Of a DNA stretch of 64,000 nucleotides, positions 40,801-50,516 are shown piece after piece. Source of the DNA: Candidatus Thalassarchaeum betae (lineage in GTDB: Archaea; Thermoplasmatota; Poseidoniia; Poseidoniales; Thalassarchaeaceae). The stretch's first letter is position 1, and the number at the start of each line of letters is the position of its first letter. The position numbers and the translations under genes were made by a program. The stretch is from contig JAKUUP010000001.1 of NCBI GenBank assembly GCA_022447095.1, positions 8,934 through 72,933 of the forward strand. The letters are read 5' to 3'. The notes under the pieces were generated by a model that did not search any database, was not told where the DNA came from, and saw only the letters and a program-made list of their open reading frames with translations.

Positions 40801-41734
40801 TATCATACTGGCGGATCTGTTCCAGCAAATTACGGGCATCACCGCTCATAATCTCATTGATGTCGGAATCAACCTTGACTATCTCTTCCTCGAGCGTCAG
40901 CAGTCCCTTGTTACCTTCGGTGATTTCCCTCCCGATTTTGTCTATATCGCCGAGGTAGCGCGAGCGTTCCTCGCCCAGAAGCCGCACCTCATCGAGACGA
41001 TTTCTGTGCCTAGACTGATGCAGGACTACCTTGGAGATATCCAACTCGTCCTTCAGCTCCTTGAATTTCAGGGCCTGCTCGCGTTCCTTGGCGAGGCCCT
41101 TGAGACGTCCCTTCTGCTCTTCCTCGAACAAATCGATGGTCTCGATGTTATTCTCGACGTGCTTGCGCTGAGTGGTGGCTCGGCGAATCTCGTCATCGTA
41201 GGCAGTCACTCCCGCGACGTCCTCCAAGATGGCACGCCTCTTGTGAGGGGTCATCGTGGCCAGATTCGTCACGTCTCCCTGCTGGACTATATTGTAGCCA
41301 TTGGCGCGCAGACCGGCCTCAGCGAGGATGCGCCTCATATCGGTTGCCGAGGAGGGGTCGTCATTGATCCTGTAGGCAGAAATCGGGTCGCCCTTCCTGC
41401 CGAGCCTGACCGAGCGGGTGAAACTGACCTCGTCGGTGTCGATCCTTAGTCTCCTGCGTCCATCAAGTTCCGGAGTGTTGGAGAAAACGAGCGTGGCAGA
41501 CATGTGCTTGGCTGGCCTGCCACGCTTTCCGCCGTTGAATATCAACTGGGTCACATTTGCGGCTCTGAGGGACTTGGTTGATTTGGGGCCGAGGACGAAT
41601 TGCATGGCATCTAGGGAGTTGGACTTACCAGATCCGTTTGGCCCGGTTATGGCCGTGAATCCCTCTTCGAGGGGGATTGTGACTTCTCCTGCGAATGACT
41701 TGAAGTTCTCCAGTTCAATACGTAACAGATGCAT
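37823..41734 (-). CDS. smc: Chromosome partition protein SMC
   Basis: Walker A GPNGSGKSN, long coiled coils, hinge (…GIHGIMGSLGEL…), LSGGEKSMAALALIFA signature, Walker B FYYLDEVD. Confidence 0.95.
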   Translation of the reverse strand: MHLLRIELENFKSFAGEVTIPLEEGFTAITGPNGSGKSNSLDAMQFVLGPKSTKSLRAANVTQLIFNGGKRGRPAKHMSATLVFSNTPELDGRRRLRIDTDEVSFTRSVRLGRKGDPISAYRINDDPSSATDMRRILAEAGLRANGYNIVQQGDVTNLATMTPHKRRAILEDVAGVTAYDDEIRRATTQRKHVENNIETIDLFEEEQKGRLKGLAKEREQALKFKELKDELDISKVVLHQSRHRNRLDEVRLLGEERSRYLGDIDKIGREITEGNKGLLTLEEEIVKVDSDINEIMSGDARNLLEQIRQYDIDIETGGDRIGDQRRIIETAEGEIEEFGGELERAEKARVDAEGSLKDASEALVSANQSLKQAAKDEESARDAIESGDKHGRDLKRILGKATEAVDKAHSTHSQVRLQADRAEQTAQIASSNLADLEGEFEEATIVRDDLELVGEDLQSDEPQTDRGSLAGELRRLQKQEVELAEDRDRYEIKVRDAERELNKARARQEERANTPGSAVTLAALTRLRQSGEIHGIMGSLGELTAPKDPVHEEALSNALGGGLRSIVVTDDDVAAKCISWLRKNGGGRATFLPLSKLSIGRPQGRSLIVSNNPGVIGFAHDLLDYDSEIDTAVRYAGRNTLIVQSMDTARRNMGGVRLVTLDGSVIESSGAMTGGSASRTNRNAFGGGSISSSLDRLEAAVEEANLVHSTVEAALKEVRMNQQKLRDRIHGLDDSDHSLRVRNWKADLERAQKGVQEIRKKVVDATKEFEGCDSAEAELRADADEAREAYERTVSKRSAAAQDLQDHAPDHLSQKLRVAERTMTEAERTRLASEAAISSGNERTAILAARVKEIQRQIDKKQRLISEAEAAITKLEEDMNEAETKLVDLKEQASQFNEEQNALQDRREEIIEERASLRASVEILSQKRETLKARIEELNIQIQQKREAVDEIEVELEAAEVSIPSSDVQLPTVAEAEKSVQGLERRLGHLGDVNMLAIEHYDTAVERIAGLVEDGNLLRDRRTQLVSIAEQLEDERRTRLMTVFEHVSNNFGRVYEQLQPLGSGRLRMENPKKPFEGGLEMDCVPPGKSKHTKRSMLSGGEKSMAALALIFAIQDYEPSPFYYLDEVDQNLDPFNAERIAALCRMRSQRAQFLMVTLRKVSLTLADHHVGITHAGDGCSRLITDFDRAAALEMSEEIEAEEKAQAEAKVEREAMPELPDPEGMLRTPEPLGTPKSLGGIAERAGVEVVEGDADEEIEADGGTLESLRDRTEDWTEDMEERETIEQTSEESAVAESEAEQKEAE

Positions 41735-41845
41735 CCCATCCCCCCTACGCCGTACGAAACATCGCCGACGTCGTTCACGTGCTCCCCTTCTGTTTGCCTA
41801 TGAATGTTGAGGATTCCATAGGCGCAGCACAACGATTTCAGAAGG

Positions 41846-41859
41846 GGCGAAAAAACGCC
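41846..41859 (-). terminator. Short hairpin GGCG-T6-CGCC (minus-strand sense) directly after the panE stop
   Basis: An oligo-T run on the transcribed strand is the usual archaeal termination signal. Confidence 0.4.
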
Positions 41860-41867
41860 GTATGAGG

Positions 41868-42824
41868 TCAATCGAAGTGAGGAGATATCTGGATGCCCTT
41901 GACAAGCGCGTGAAGCATCGCATTGCGAGGCGTCGGGACTCCGGCTGACTCACCTTGCGATACCACCGCTCCGCACAGTGCATCAATCTCGGTCAAGCGT
42001 CCTGCCATGACGTCTTGCAGCATCGAACACCGGTTCTCCGCGGTGGCTCCGGCGACCTGTCTGAGATGGTCATCGAGGACCATGTCGCCGAGGTCCACAC
42101 CACTGGCCTCTGCGACCGTCGCCGCCTCCTGCATAGCGCCCAGCGCCTGCTCCCAGAGCTCGGGCACCTCCAGCAGTGCACCGTTGCGCACACCGGCAAT
42201 CGAGCAGACCGGGTTGATCGCGACATTGACCAAGAGTTTGGTCCAGACGATGCGCTGCATGTTCTCGCTCCATTCCGGCTCGAGACCTGCGGCTGCGAGT
42301 GCGGAGAGCAGTTCCGCAGCGGCGCCTGAAGGGGCACCCCCCTCAATCCAGCCGAGATGGATGGTTCCACGTCCGACCCAGTGGACGGTTCCCTCGTCGC
42401 TCCTCCAAGCACCGTGTGTGATCGAGCCGCCGAGAACCCTCGAGCGGCCCAGCCGATGTGCTAACGCCTCGGCGTGTCCGAGTCCGTTCTGTACGCTGAT
42501 GGCGACCCCCTGAGGCGTTAGGACATCTTCTGCAAGTTGGACGAGCATGGGAGTCGAGTCGGCCTTGCCGCAGAGTATCGCGGCGTCGCAGGATCCATGA
42601 ATTTCATCGGGCACCGGCCCTACGGCGCTGTCGAAGGTGGAGAATGCATCCGGAGGGATGACTTCGATTGAGCCCTCTGGCATGTGCATCACGAGACCCA
42701 TGTCTGAGAGTTCGGTGGCGGTGGTGCCCCGAGCCACCGCCACCATCTCGGCATCGGTGTCGGACAGCGCACCCAGCAAGATGCCTCCTATCGAGCCGAC
42801 TCCGATGATGGCGATGCGCATCAT
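41868..42824 (-). CDS. panE: 2-dehydropantoate 2-reductase (ApbA/PanE family)
   Basis: MMRIAIIGVGSIGG Rossmann motif and KLLVNVAINPV. The start forms an ATGA overlap with the upstream gene's stop. The ORF-track start at 43010 is too early. Confidence 0.7.
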   Translation of the reverse strand: MMRIAIIGVGSIGGILLGALSDTDAEMVAVARGTTATELSDMGLVMHMPEGSIEVIPPDAFSTFDSAVGPVPDEIHGSCDAAILCGKADSTPMLVQLAEDVLTPQGVAISVQNGLGHAEALAHRLGRSRVLGGSITHGAWRSDEGTVHWVGRGTIHLGWIEGGAPSGAAAELLSALAAAGLEPEWSENMQRIVWTKLLVNVAINPVCSIAGVRNGALLEVPELWEQALGAMQEAATVAEASGVDLGDMVLDDHLRQVAGATAENRCSMLQDVMAGRLTEIDALCGAVVSQGESAGVPTPRNAMLHALVKGIQISPHFD

Positions 42825-45235
42825 GCGCCCTCCATCGTTCGTGCCGCGAAGTGCAGCGTGATGCCGTCTTCGTCTGCGGTCACCCATGCTGCCCACCAAG
42901 CGAGAGGAGAGCCATGTACTGAGGCGTTGGCGGTGGTCGAGGACATCGCATCCACCTCTGATGGCGCCCACGCTTCCCAATTGTCCCATGCGACTGCGTC
43001 CCCGGTCCAATCGAGGTTAATGGGCATCGAGGCGTTGTCTCGGTTCACGATACTGAACTCCCCGTTCGGCAGCCTCGACGCTAGTGTACCGGGGTCGACC
43101 ATGACATCCGGCCCCTCGGTCACCCTGTATGAAGCGAGTATAGTAGTGTCATTGCATAGCGCCAGCCAGCCCGACTCGCTGAACCTGAGGGTTCCATTGC
43201 CTACATCACCGGACGGCATGAGTATTGCCGAGCGGTCTGCGAGGTCCCTGTCCCAGTCACCACTGGCGTTGACCTCTGCAATCACATCAGTGGGCGGGCA
43301 GAAGGCCGAGCCGGACTCACCGCGGGTTATCACATACTCAAAGTCCGACTCAAACCACTCTGGAATTCGCCACTCACCGTCGGAGACCTGCAAACTCGGC
43401 TGGGTCTCTTCGACGGGCATGAACAGGATGTCATTGGATATACTGGCGCGTGAGAGTGTAATCGTCGGACCTATCCTGCGGAACTGGTCGTCCTGCATGG
43501 GCAGCGACTGGATGGCCCCCTGGTGGCCTCGCATACACAGATTGTGCGTTCCGGGGCCCAGAGAAGTCTCGTTCTCAAAGGACCAGAACGGGTTGTGGTT
43601 GCTCAGGTTGACGTAATCGCCCTTGACGACCAGGAGTTCGATGCATATCCTCGGAGTATCGGTGTCCTCTACCATTACCCAGAGCGGGTCGAACGATGAG
43701 GTAATCCCAGTTGGCTGGAACACTATGGCATGCTCGGTGACGTGGTCGGCGACATCGATCAGGATTAGAAGTCTGAACGTTTGCTCACTGGCCTCCATCT
43801 GATTTCTTGCCAGATTGATGGTGATACTGCCCGGAGAGGCCTGAGTGACGTCGTCGAACCTGCACACGCCACTGTCGTCCAAGCACTCGGAATATATCTG
43901 CCAGCTCCCCGTTGTGGCGCCCTCAACGCGCATCTGCAACCAGCCCGATACGGGCATGATCCCGGCCGGCTCAAGCGTCAGTTCGACCTCGGCCTGTCCG
44001 TCTTCGAACCCCATGAACGCTGGCCACGTATCCGTGGACAGGCCTTCGTCCCAGCCCTCCAACTCATGACTGGGCTCAAGGCCGGGATATCCGAGTACCA
44101 ATATCGCCAGCAGAAGTGCGCCGATCTGCCTCATCGAGGCCTCATCGAGCCCGGCATACTCGTCCACAACGAACGGAGATGGAGTCTGTTCGGGGCTGAA
44201 CCTGCGCCAAGCTGCTATGGCGACTACTAGCAGCCATGGCCAGTACTCAGTGCTGATGAATATCAGGAGCATGCAAGCGAGGGTGGAGATGAACAGAGAG
44301 GTCTGATTTCTTTCGTGGGTCATCTCGATAGGTCCGATGAGCGCATGCAGTATCCTGTCCCCAGGGAACCCTGGAATCGGAAGTAGAAGGCCCCAGCCAA
44401 CTATCGACAGTCCAATGCCTGCAAGGCCGGTCGGATGGATCCACTGCAATTTCAGAGCGAGGTCGGTGCCGAATCCCATGGAGATGAGAGTCTCAATCAG
44501 GAAATTCGTGTCCAAGATTATCGGAGTGGCTTCGTATGCAGGCGGCTGATTGGTAGTCAGACTGAGTCCCACGAGCGTCAGCACGGTGCCACAGAAAAAC
44601 AGGACGGTTGGTACGACCAGTTCGATGAACCCGAGCGAGCGGCGGTCGGGCACCGGCTGCAGGTCCGGACGCAGTTGACCGAGTGTGGCTACGATGCCGA
44701 AGGGCCAGACCGGAGACAGCACCGGGAGAGCGAGTGGGATGAGATGCCCGGCGTCAATCTCAAATCGAGTCGCCAAGAGTAGTCGGGCATAACTCGCCAG
44801 CAGAACCGAGCCGATTACCGGAAGCGTGAAGGTGAGCAGAGCCGATTGAATGACGGATGAGCCCAGTGTAGCGCTGCTAGGGTCAAGATGGGTCGCCCAA
44901 AGGGAGCCTGCAATGGTCACGAAGCCGGAGACGAGTGCCCAGACGAGTGCCTGCTGCCATGATGGCATAACCATTGGCAGGATGGGTAGGCGCCCGATGC
45001 TCAGAACCGGTGGGTCGCCTTCGTCGAGGACCCCGATCAGGCTCAGTTGCTTCAGATGGCGGTTCAACGAGCGCAAGCAGGCGCTCGGGTTCCTGCCGTC
45101 TCTGCCGTTGACGTGCCACGAGAGTTCCAGCAGCCCTTGGTTGCCGAGGACGAAGTGCCTCCTACAGATGACCTCGAGCAGCTCTCGCTGACTCCATGCC
45201 TCCTTGTCTATCAGGTACTGTTCTCCCTCAGACAT
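42821..45235 (-). CDS. Site-2-protease (M50, EGY-like)-related polytopic membrane protein lacking HExxH, with a large C-terminal extracytoplasmic domain
   Basis: …IPLALPVLSPVWPFGIVATLGQLRP…PDRRSLGFIELVVP… and …GWGLLLPIPGFPGDRILHAL… parallel the M50 PYFIP/GxxGA/NR…D..AGP and NLLPxxxLDGG blocks. There is no HExxH anywhere in the membrane core. About 450 aa of beta-rich sequence follow the last TM. Confidence 0.45.
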   Translation of the reverse strand: MSEGEQYLIDKEAWSQRELLEVICRRHFVLGNQGLLELSWHVNGRDGRNPSACLRSLNRHLKQLSLIGVLDEGDPPVLSIGRLPILPMVMPSWQQALVWALVSGFVTIAGSLWATHLDPSSATLGSSVIQSALLTFTLPVIGSVLLASYARLLLATRFEIDAGHLIPLALPVLSPVWPFGIVATLGQLRPDLQPVPDRRSLGFIELVVPTVLFFCGTVLTLVGLSLTTNQPPAYEATPIILDTNFLIETLISMGFGTDLALKLQWIHPTGLAGIGLSIVGWGLLLPIPGFPGDRILHALIGPIEMTHERNQTSLFISTLACMLLIFISTEYWPWLLVVAIAAWRRFSPEQTPSPFVVDEYAGLDEASMRQIGALLLAILVLGYPGLEPSHELEGWDEGLSTDTWPAFMGFEDGQAEVELTLEPAGIMPVSGWLQMRVEGATTGSWQIYSECLDDSGVCRFDDVTQASPGSITINLARNQMEASEQTFRLLILIDVADHVTEHAIVFQPTGITSSFDPLWVMVEDTDTPRICIELLVVKGDYVNLSNHNPFWSFENETSLGPGTHNLCMRGHQGAIQSLPMQDDQFRRIGPTITLSRASISNDILFMPVEETQPSLQVSDGEWRIPEWFESDFEYVITRGESGSAFCPPTDVIAEVNASGDWDRDLADRSAILMPSGDVGNGTLRFSESGWLALCNDTTILASYRVTEGPDVMVDPGTLASRLPNGEFSIVNRDNASMPINLDWTGDAVAWDNWEAWAPSEVDAMSSTTANASVHGSPLAWWAAWVTADEDGITLHFAARTMEGA

Positions 45236-45291
45236 CGTCGCACCGTAGTATGCGGCCGGGTAGGTCCGATTTGACCTCTCGCACGTGCGGG

Positions 45292-45310
45292 CGGCGAACT
45301 ATGTTCGCCG
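45292..45310 (-). terminator. GC-rich hairpin CGGCGAAC-TAT-GTTCGCCG, 2 nt after the atpD stop
   Basis: 8-bp stem and 3-nt loop at the end of the ATP synthase operon. Confidence 0.35.
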
Positions 45311-45312
45311 AA

Positions 45313-45933
45313 TCACTTGTTCTTGAAGCGCTTCAGACGGAATGTCTCCTCGCGCTCCATCTCCTCCAAACGGAGCTGAATGAAGTTGCGAGCCTCCTCC
45401 ATCTGGGGTATGACCACGTACTCGAGGGCGTTGACCCTGCGCTTGGTCGCCTCGATCTCTACGAGCAGTCGCTTGAGGGTCGCCTCCATCTCTGCTGCTT
45501 TGACTATCTTCTCAACTAGCGTGGAGTAGGAATCCGAGGCCTCATCGATGTACGCCGAGCCGCCTATCAGGCCAGTTCCACGCTCGTCGATAGACGTAGT
45601 AAGATTGGTCCCAACGACGCTCGGCACGACGACGCCCATGATGTTGCGGCGGGTTACCTCGACGTCGGGGTGACGCGAGATGGCGATTGCGGCGCTCTTG
45701 ACTGCGAGGCCGCCCTCGATGGCACTTGCAAGGCCGATCGATTGGACCGCTTCCCGGTAGGTCCCGACGAGCTCTTCCCTGGCTGCGATCATATCGGACA
45801 GCAGGGTCCTGAACTCGTGGAACAGTCCGTCACGCTTCATCTTCAACAGATTGTATCCGTTCTCGGTCTGCTTGATGCGCCGCTTGAGGTTGATCAACTC
45901 GCTGCGGGTCGGCTTGATGTCGAGTGCCATCAT
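45313..45933 (-). CDS. atpD: A-type ATP synthase subunit D
   Basis: MALDIKPTRSELINLKRRIK… and a coiled-coil protein in the conserved operon position. Confidence 0.9.
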   Translation of the reverse strand: MMALDIKPTRSELINLKRRIKQTENGYNLLKMKRDGLFHEFRTLLSDMIAAREELVGTYREAVQSIGLASAIEGGLAVKSAAIAISRHPDVEVTRRNIMGVVVPSVVGTNLTTSIDERGTGLIGGSAYIDEASDSYSTLVEKIVKAAEMEATLKRLLVEIEATKRRVNALEYVVIPQMEEARNFIQLRLEEMEREETFRLKRFKNK

Positions 45934-45957
45934 GTCACCTCCAGCGAAAGTTCCACC

Positions 45958-47343
45958 TCAGGACTTCTTCTCCGTCGGGTGGTACTTGTCGATCCACTTT
46001 TGGTCGAGTCTCACGAGGAACTTTGTGTCGATGTTCGTCAGCAGGTTCCAAGCGAGGTCGAGTGTGCCCTCAGTAATCGAGCGGTCGTCATCGCGGCTCT
46101 GGCGCAAGAACTGGTCCTCGAAGATGTCCGCGAACTTCAGCATCTGAAGGTCACGCTCGTTCAGCGCGTCCTCACCGACGATAGCCACCAGGCCACGCAG
46201 TTCGCGCCCTTGGGCGTAGGCAGCGTACAACTGGTCGGAGACCGACTTGTGATCCTCGCGGGTCTTGCCCTCGCCGATGCCAGCGTTCATCAGCCGGGAC
46301 AGCGAAGGAAGCACGTTGATAGGAGGGTAGATTCCCTTCTGGTGCAGCTCACGTGAAATCACGATTTGCCCCTCGGTGATGTATCCCGAGAGGTCGGGTA
46401 TCGGGTGGGTGATGTCGTCACCAGGCATGGTGAGAATCGGGAACTGCGTGATGCTCCCCTTCTTTCCTTTGATAATTCCAGCACGCTCGTACAGCATAGC
46501 CAGATCTGTGTACATGTAACCAGGGTAGCCACGTCGACCGGGAACTTCCTCGCGAGCAGCTCCAATCTGCCTGAGTGACTCGCAGTAATTGGTCATGTCA
46601 GTGTAGATGACGAGCACGTGGTAGTCGTGCTCGAAGGCCAGATACTCAGCGGCCGTCAGAGCAAGACGCGGTGTGATCAGTCGCTCAACAGCTGGGTCGT
46701 CGGCTAGATTGACGAACAGCACGGCGTTCTCCATGGCGCCGGTGCGCTCAAGGTCGTGAACGAAGAAATTGTACTCCTCAGCGGTGATACCCATCGCGCA
46801 GAACACGACGACGAAGTCATCGTCGCTGTCGACAAGTTTGGCCTGTCGGGCGATCTGCAAGGCGATGTCGTTGTGCGGCAGACCGGACGCCGAGAAGATT
46901 GGTAACTTCTGGCCGCGGACCAGAGTGGTGCAGGCGTCGATTGCAGAGATGCCGGTCTGGATGAATTGCTCGGGGCTCTCTCGGCTGTATGGGTTGATGG
47001 CCGCTCCGATGATGTCTGCCATCTCTTCGGCCACAATCTCAGGGCCTCCGTCTCTGGGCTTGCCGTTACCCGCGAGGATCCGTCCGACGAGGTCCTTGCT
47101 TACGGGTAGACGAAATACATCGCCGAGGAATCTCACTCCAGTTTGTCGGTCAACGGAAGCGGTTCCCTCGAAGACCTGTACGATGACTTGGTCGTCGCTG
47201 GTGTCCAGCACCTGTCCGTTCTTCATCGAGCCGTCGGATAGTCGAAGTTGCACTATCTCTCCGAAGGCCACAGGCTCGGTCTTCTCGAGGAAGACCAAAG
47301 GCCCCTTCACGTCAGTAATTGTCCTGTATTCTTTTCCGCTCAT
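45958..47343 (-). CDS. atpB: A-type ATP synthase subunit B
   Basis: [46 protein letters not shown]. Confidence 0.95.
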   Translation of the reverse strand: MSGKEYRTITDVKGPLVFLEKTEPVAFGEIVQLRLSDGSMKNGQVLDTSDDQVIVQVFEGTASVDRQTGVRFLGDVFRLPVSKDLVGRILAGNGKPRDGGPEIVAEEMADIIGAAINPYSRESPEQFIQTGISAIDACTTLVRGQKLPIFSASGLPHNDIALQIARQAKLVDSDDDFVVVFCAMGITAEEYNFFVHDLERTGAMENAVLFVNLADDPAVERLITPRLALTAAEYLAFEHDYHVLVIYTDMTNYCESLRQIGAAREEVPGRRGYPGYMYTDLAMLYERAGIIKGKKGSITQFPILTMPGDDITHPIPDLSGYITEGQIVISRELHQKGIYPPINVLPSLSRLMNAGIGEGKTREDHKSVSDQLYAAYAQGRELRGLVAIVGEDALNERDLQMLKFADIFEDQFLRQSRDDDRSITEGTLDLAWNLLTNIDTKFLVRLDQKWIDKYHPTEKKS

Positions 47344-47356
47344 TCATGGCACCCCC

Positions 47357-49099
47357 TTAGTTGTCCCCCATAGTCCCGGCGATCTGTTTCGACATCTCCC
47401 CGAGCAACTCATCGATGCGTTCACCGTAGCCCTGCTCGAATCGGCCTCTCATGAGGTCGGTGCGTGCGGGCACGTTGACGACCTCCTCAAGACCAGCGCC
47501 TCCGGCGATGGCTTTCTCCGATTCTTCCTGGAAGGTCAAGATGGCCTTGGCCATAGTGTACTGCAGGTCGAGTGTGCTGAATGTGTCGACATCGTGGAAT
47601 GCATTCTGCTGGAGGAAGTACTCGCGAATCATACGCGCCACTTCCAGAGTCAGTTGCTGGTCTATCGGCAGTGCGTCGGAGCCAACCAACTGGACAATCT
47701 CCTGGAGTTCCGCCTCGACTTGCAGCAGACTGCTGATTTTGGTCCGGACCTCGGGGTAGTCGCTGGCGATGTTGTCGCGGTACCACTGGTCGAGGGCCTG
47801 TGGGTACAGGCTGTACGAACTGAGCCAGTTGATTGATGGGAAGTGTCGCTGTCGGGCGAGTCCGGCGTCCAGCCCCCAGTACACCTTGACGATTCGCAGG
47901 GTCCCCTGGCTGACCGGCTCGGAGATGTCACCACCCGGTGGTGACACGGCTCCGATGACTGATATCGAGCCGTCGTCGCCGGCTAGGGTCTCCACACGCC
48001 CGGCGCGCTCGTAGAACTCCGCCAGTCGGCTCGACAGGTATGCAGGGTAGCCCTCCTCACCGGGCATCTCCTCCAATCTGGATGAGATCTCGCGCATGGC
48101 CTCGGCCCATCGGCTGGTGGAGTCAGCCATCAGAGCGACGTCGTAGCCCATATCGCGGAAGTACTCGGCGATGGTGATCCCAGTGTAAACCGAAGCTTCG
48201 CGTGCAGCCACTGGCATGTTGGATGTGTTGGCAATCATCGTGGTCCTGTTCATCAGAGGCTTGCCGGTGTTGGGATCGATCAGGTGCGGGAACTCGCTGA
48301 GGACCTCGGTCATCTCGTTTCCTCGCTCGCCGCAGCCGATGTAGACCACGATCTGCGCGTCCGACCACTTGGCCAGCTGCTGCTGGGTGACCGTCTTGCC
48401 GGACCCGAAGGGTCCGGGAATACCGGCGGTGCCGCCCTTGGCTAGGGGGAAGAGGAAGTCGAGTATCCTCTGGCCGGTCACTAGAGGGACACCGGGAGCG
48501 TACTTCTGGACGAAGGGGCGCGGGGTCCTGACTGGCCATTCCTGCATCATTGCGATCTCAGTGCCGTCGTCGAGCGTGCACACCGTCGTGGTGATGTTGA
48601 ACTTGCCCGACTGGATGCTGGCTACCTTGCCGCTGTTGCCAGGGGGCACCATGACTCTGTGCTCGACGGTCTCTGTCTCTTGGACGGTACCGATCACAGT
48701 ACCTCCAGAGACCTCGTCGCCGACCGAGGCTGTCGCGTTGAACTCCCACTTCTTCTTCATATCGAGTCCGTCGGCGTCGACGCCTCGCCTGATGAACACA
48801 CCCATCGTCGCCTCTAGGTCCTCGAGGGGACGCTGGATCCCGTCGTAGATCTGGGTCAGAAGACCCGGTCCCAGCTTGACGGACAAGGTCTGTCCCGTCC
48901 TGATGACTGGTTCGCCCGGTTTGACGCCGGATGTCTCCTCGTACACCTGAATGACCGATTGGTCGCCGTGCAATTCGATTACTTCTCCCATCAGTCCCTC
49001 GTCGCCTACTCGCACCACTTCATACATTCTCGGCGTAATGCCAACTGCAGTAACGACCGGTCCGGAGATTCTGTAAATTAATCCACTATCTTCACTCAT
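47357..49099 (-). CDS. atpA: A-type ATP synthase catalytic subunit A
   Basis: Walker [41 protein letters not shown]. At 580 aa it has normal length, so no intein. Confidence 0.95.
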   Translation of the reverse strand: MSEDSGLIYRISGPVVTAVGITPRMYEVVRVGDEGLMGEVIELHGDQSVIQVYEETSGVKPGEPVIRTGQTLSVKLGPGLLTQIYDGIQRPLEDLEATMGVFIRRGVDADGLDMKKKWEFNATASVGDEVSGGTVIGTVQETETVEHRVMVPPGNSGKVASIQSGKFNITTTVCTLDDGTEIAMMQEWPVRTPRPFVQKYAPGVPLVTGQRILDFLFPLAKGGTAGIPGPFGSGKTVTQQQLAKWSDAQIVVYIGCGERGNEMTEVLSEFPHLIDPNTGKPLMNRTTMIANTSNMPVAAREASVYTGITIAEYFRDMGYDVALMADSTSRWAEAMREISSRLEEMPGEEGYPAYLSSRLAEFYERAGRVETLAGDDGSISVIGAVSPPGGDISEPVSQGTLRIVKVYWGLDAGLARQRHFPSINWLSSYSLYPQALDQWYRDNIASDYPEVRTKISSLLQVEAELQEIVQLVGSDALPIDQQLTLEVARMIREYFLQQNAFHDVDTFSTLDLQYTMAKAILTFQEESEKAIAGGAGLEEVVNVPARTDLMRGRFEQGYGERIDELLGEMSKQIAGTMGDN

Positions 49100-49128
49100 T
49101 TTTCCACTTCCTTTTCTTTATTGATGAA

Positions 49129-49428
49129 TCATTTCCAAAGGTCGACGCCTAGCGCCGACTTGATGGACTCTCGGAGGGTGTTGTCCTCCTCGGTCCCGAT
49201 GCCCAGAACTGTGGGCGAGATGCTGTCGGAAAGCCGCTGACGCAGCTTGCCCGGCAGACGGGTGAGTTCGGCCGCATCGATGACGATGATGCCGACCTCG
49301 TCCTCCTCGAGCATCGTGCGCAGGACCTTGCCTGTATCCTCGATGCTCTCGGGGTTGTGCAGGCGCATGATGCCCGCGAGTTGGAAACCGAGGGTGAACT
49401 CGGGAGTGCCGACTATTGCGATCTCCAT
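49129..49428 (-). CDS. atpF: A-type ATP synthase subunit F
   Basis: MEIAIVGTPEFTLGFQLAG…, plus size and operon position. Confidence 0.8.
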   Translation of the reverse strand: MEIAIVGTPEFTLGFQLAGIMRLHNPESIEDTGKVLRTMLEEDEVGIIVIDAAELTRLPGKLRQRLSDSISPTVLGIGTEEDNTLRESIKSALGVDLWK

Positions 49429-49441
49429 CCTCTATCCTCCC

Positions 49442-50509
49442 TCATAGCCCCATGTGTGCCTCGATGACGTCGTCTGAAAGGCCAACCGCCTTCCCGCGCA
49501 CGAGCAAGCGCAGATTCTGCACTTCGAGGACTTTGCTTTCGATGTAGTAAATCAGAGGGAACGCCGACAGCGGATTGAGGCTGTTCATCCTGTTCAGCAA
49601 GTCTAGTCTCTGAGTGTTTAGGAGGTTCACTATCGGATCGAGTGTCCCTCTTTCTTTCGACTCTATCAGCGCCTCGTCGAAGCCGCTGTCATCGAATCCA
49701 GGGGCCCTTCTGAGTATTTCGAGCAGTGCTTCTTCATTCTCCGCCTCGGCCGCTTGGCGCAGGAACGTCGATGTGATTGCCCTGCCGCCAGTGATCATCA
49801 ACTCGCTACGCCTCTCGGCTGGCATTTCCTGCTTGAGCGCACGGAACAGGTTGATCACGTTCCGGTGGTCGATTTCCGTACGCAGGTAGCGGAGAAGCAT
49901 CGGGTGGCGAGTCGTTCCTTCACGCAGCTTCTTCGTGGCAGATGAGTAGTAGTGGCGGTCGAGAGCGTCTTCGAAGGCCATCAGGTCGTCGTTTCCGTCG
50001 AGATCTGTGAGTGCTCGTTCGAACTGTGTTCCTTCGAGCGCCGAAACAGCATCCTGCAGTGTTTCGGAGTCGTTGACCAGTTCCAACCAAGGGCGGTTCG
50101 CTTCATTCTGCTCAGGTAGTACCTGACTAGACACGATCTCCAGCGAAACGCCACTGCGAATCGCTCTGAGAGCAGTCTTCAACTTCTGATAGGTGAATCT
50201 CTCGACGTAGATAGATACTAGGCCCTTCAGGTGACCTTGGCAGAAACCAAGCACCTGATTCAGGTCCCGGTCCATATTGTGGTTCAGTGCGGCTTCGACT
50301 AAGTCGACGCCACTCAATTTGTCGGCATACTCGTCGAGTTCGTCACGATAGCCAAACTCGGCGATACTGGCAGCGATTGAGTCGGGGGACTGTTGAAGCA
50401 ACTGGCGCATGCGGGTATCATCGATGAGCGCAGCCTTCCGAGCCTTGCCACGCGCTGATGCGTTGGCCCAATTGGACTGCCCCTTAGATATCGTCGCCAT
50501 TACCATCAC
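49442..50509 (-). CDS. atpC: A-type ATP synthase subunit C
   Basis: Helical repeat protein of about 350 aa between atpE and atpF. Start codon choice among MMVM is uncertain. Confidence 0.8.
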   Translation of the reverse strand: MMVMATISKGQSNWANASARGKARKAALIDDTRMRQLLQQSPDSIAASIAEFGYRDELDEYADKLSGVDLVEAALNHNMDRDLNQVLGFCQGHLKGLVSIYVERFTYQKLKTALRAIRSGVSLEIVSSQVLPEQNEANRPWLELVNDSETLQDAVSALEGTQFERALTDLDGNDDLMAFEDALDRHYYSSATKKLREGTTRHPMLLRYLRTEIDHRNVINLFRALKQEMPAERRSELMITGGRAITSTFLRQAAEAENEEALLEILRRAPGFDDSGFDEALIESKERGTLDPIVNLLNTQRLDLLNRMNSLNPLSAFPLIYYIESKVLEVQNLRLLVRGKAVGLSDDVIEAHMGL

Positions 50510-50516
50510 TCCGTTC

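Noticed and set aside
42825-43010. 62-codon extension of panE.
   Set aside because: The Rossmann motif starts right after MMRIAIIG. The extension overlaps the 3' end of the upstream gene in another frame and is Arg-rich.
47357-49099. Inteins in atpA, gyrA, gyrB, rpa, smc or orc1.
   Set aside because: Protein lengths and uninterrupted conserved blocks are normal. No Cys/Ser…His-Asn splice-junction insert was seen.
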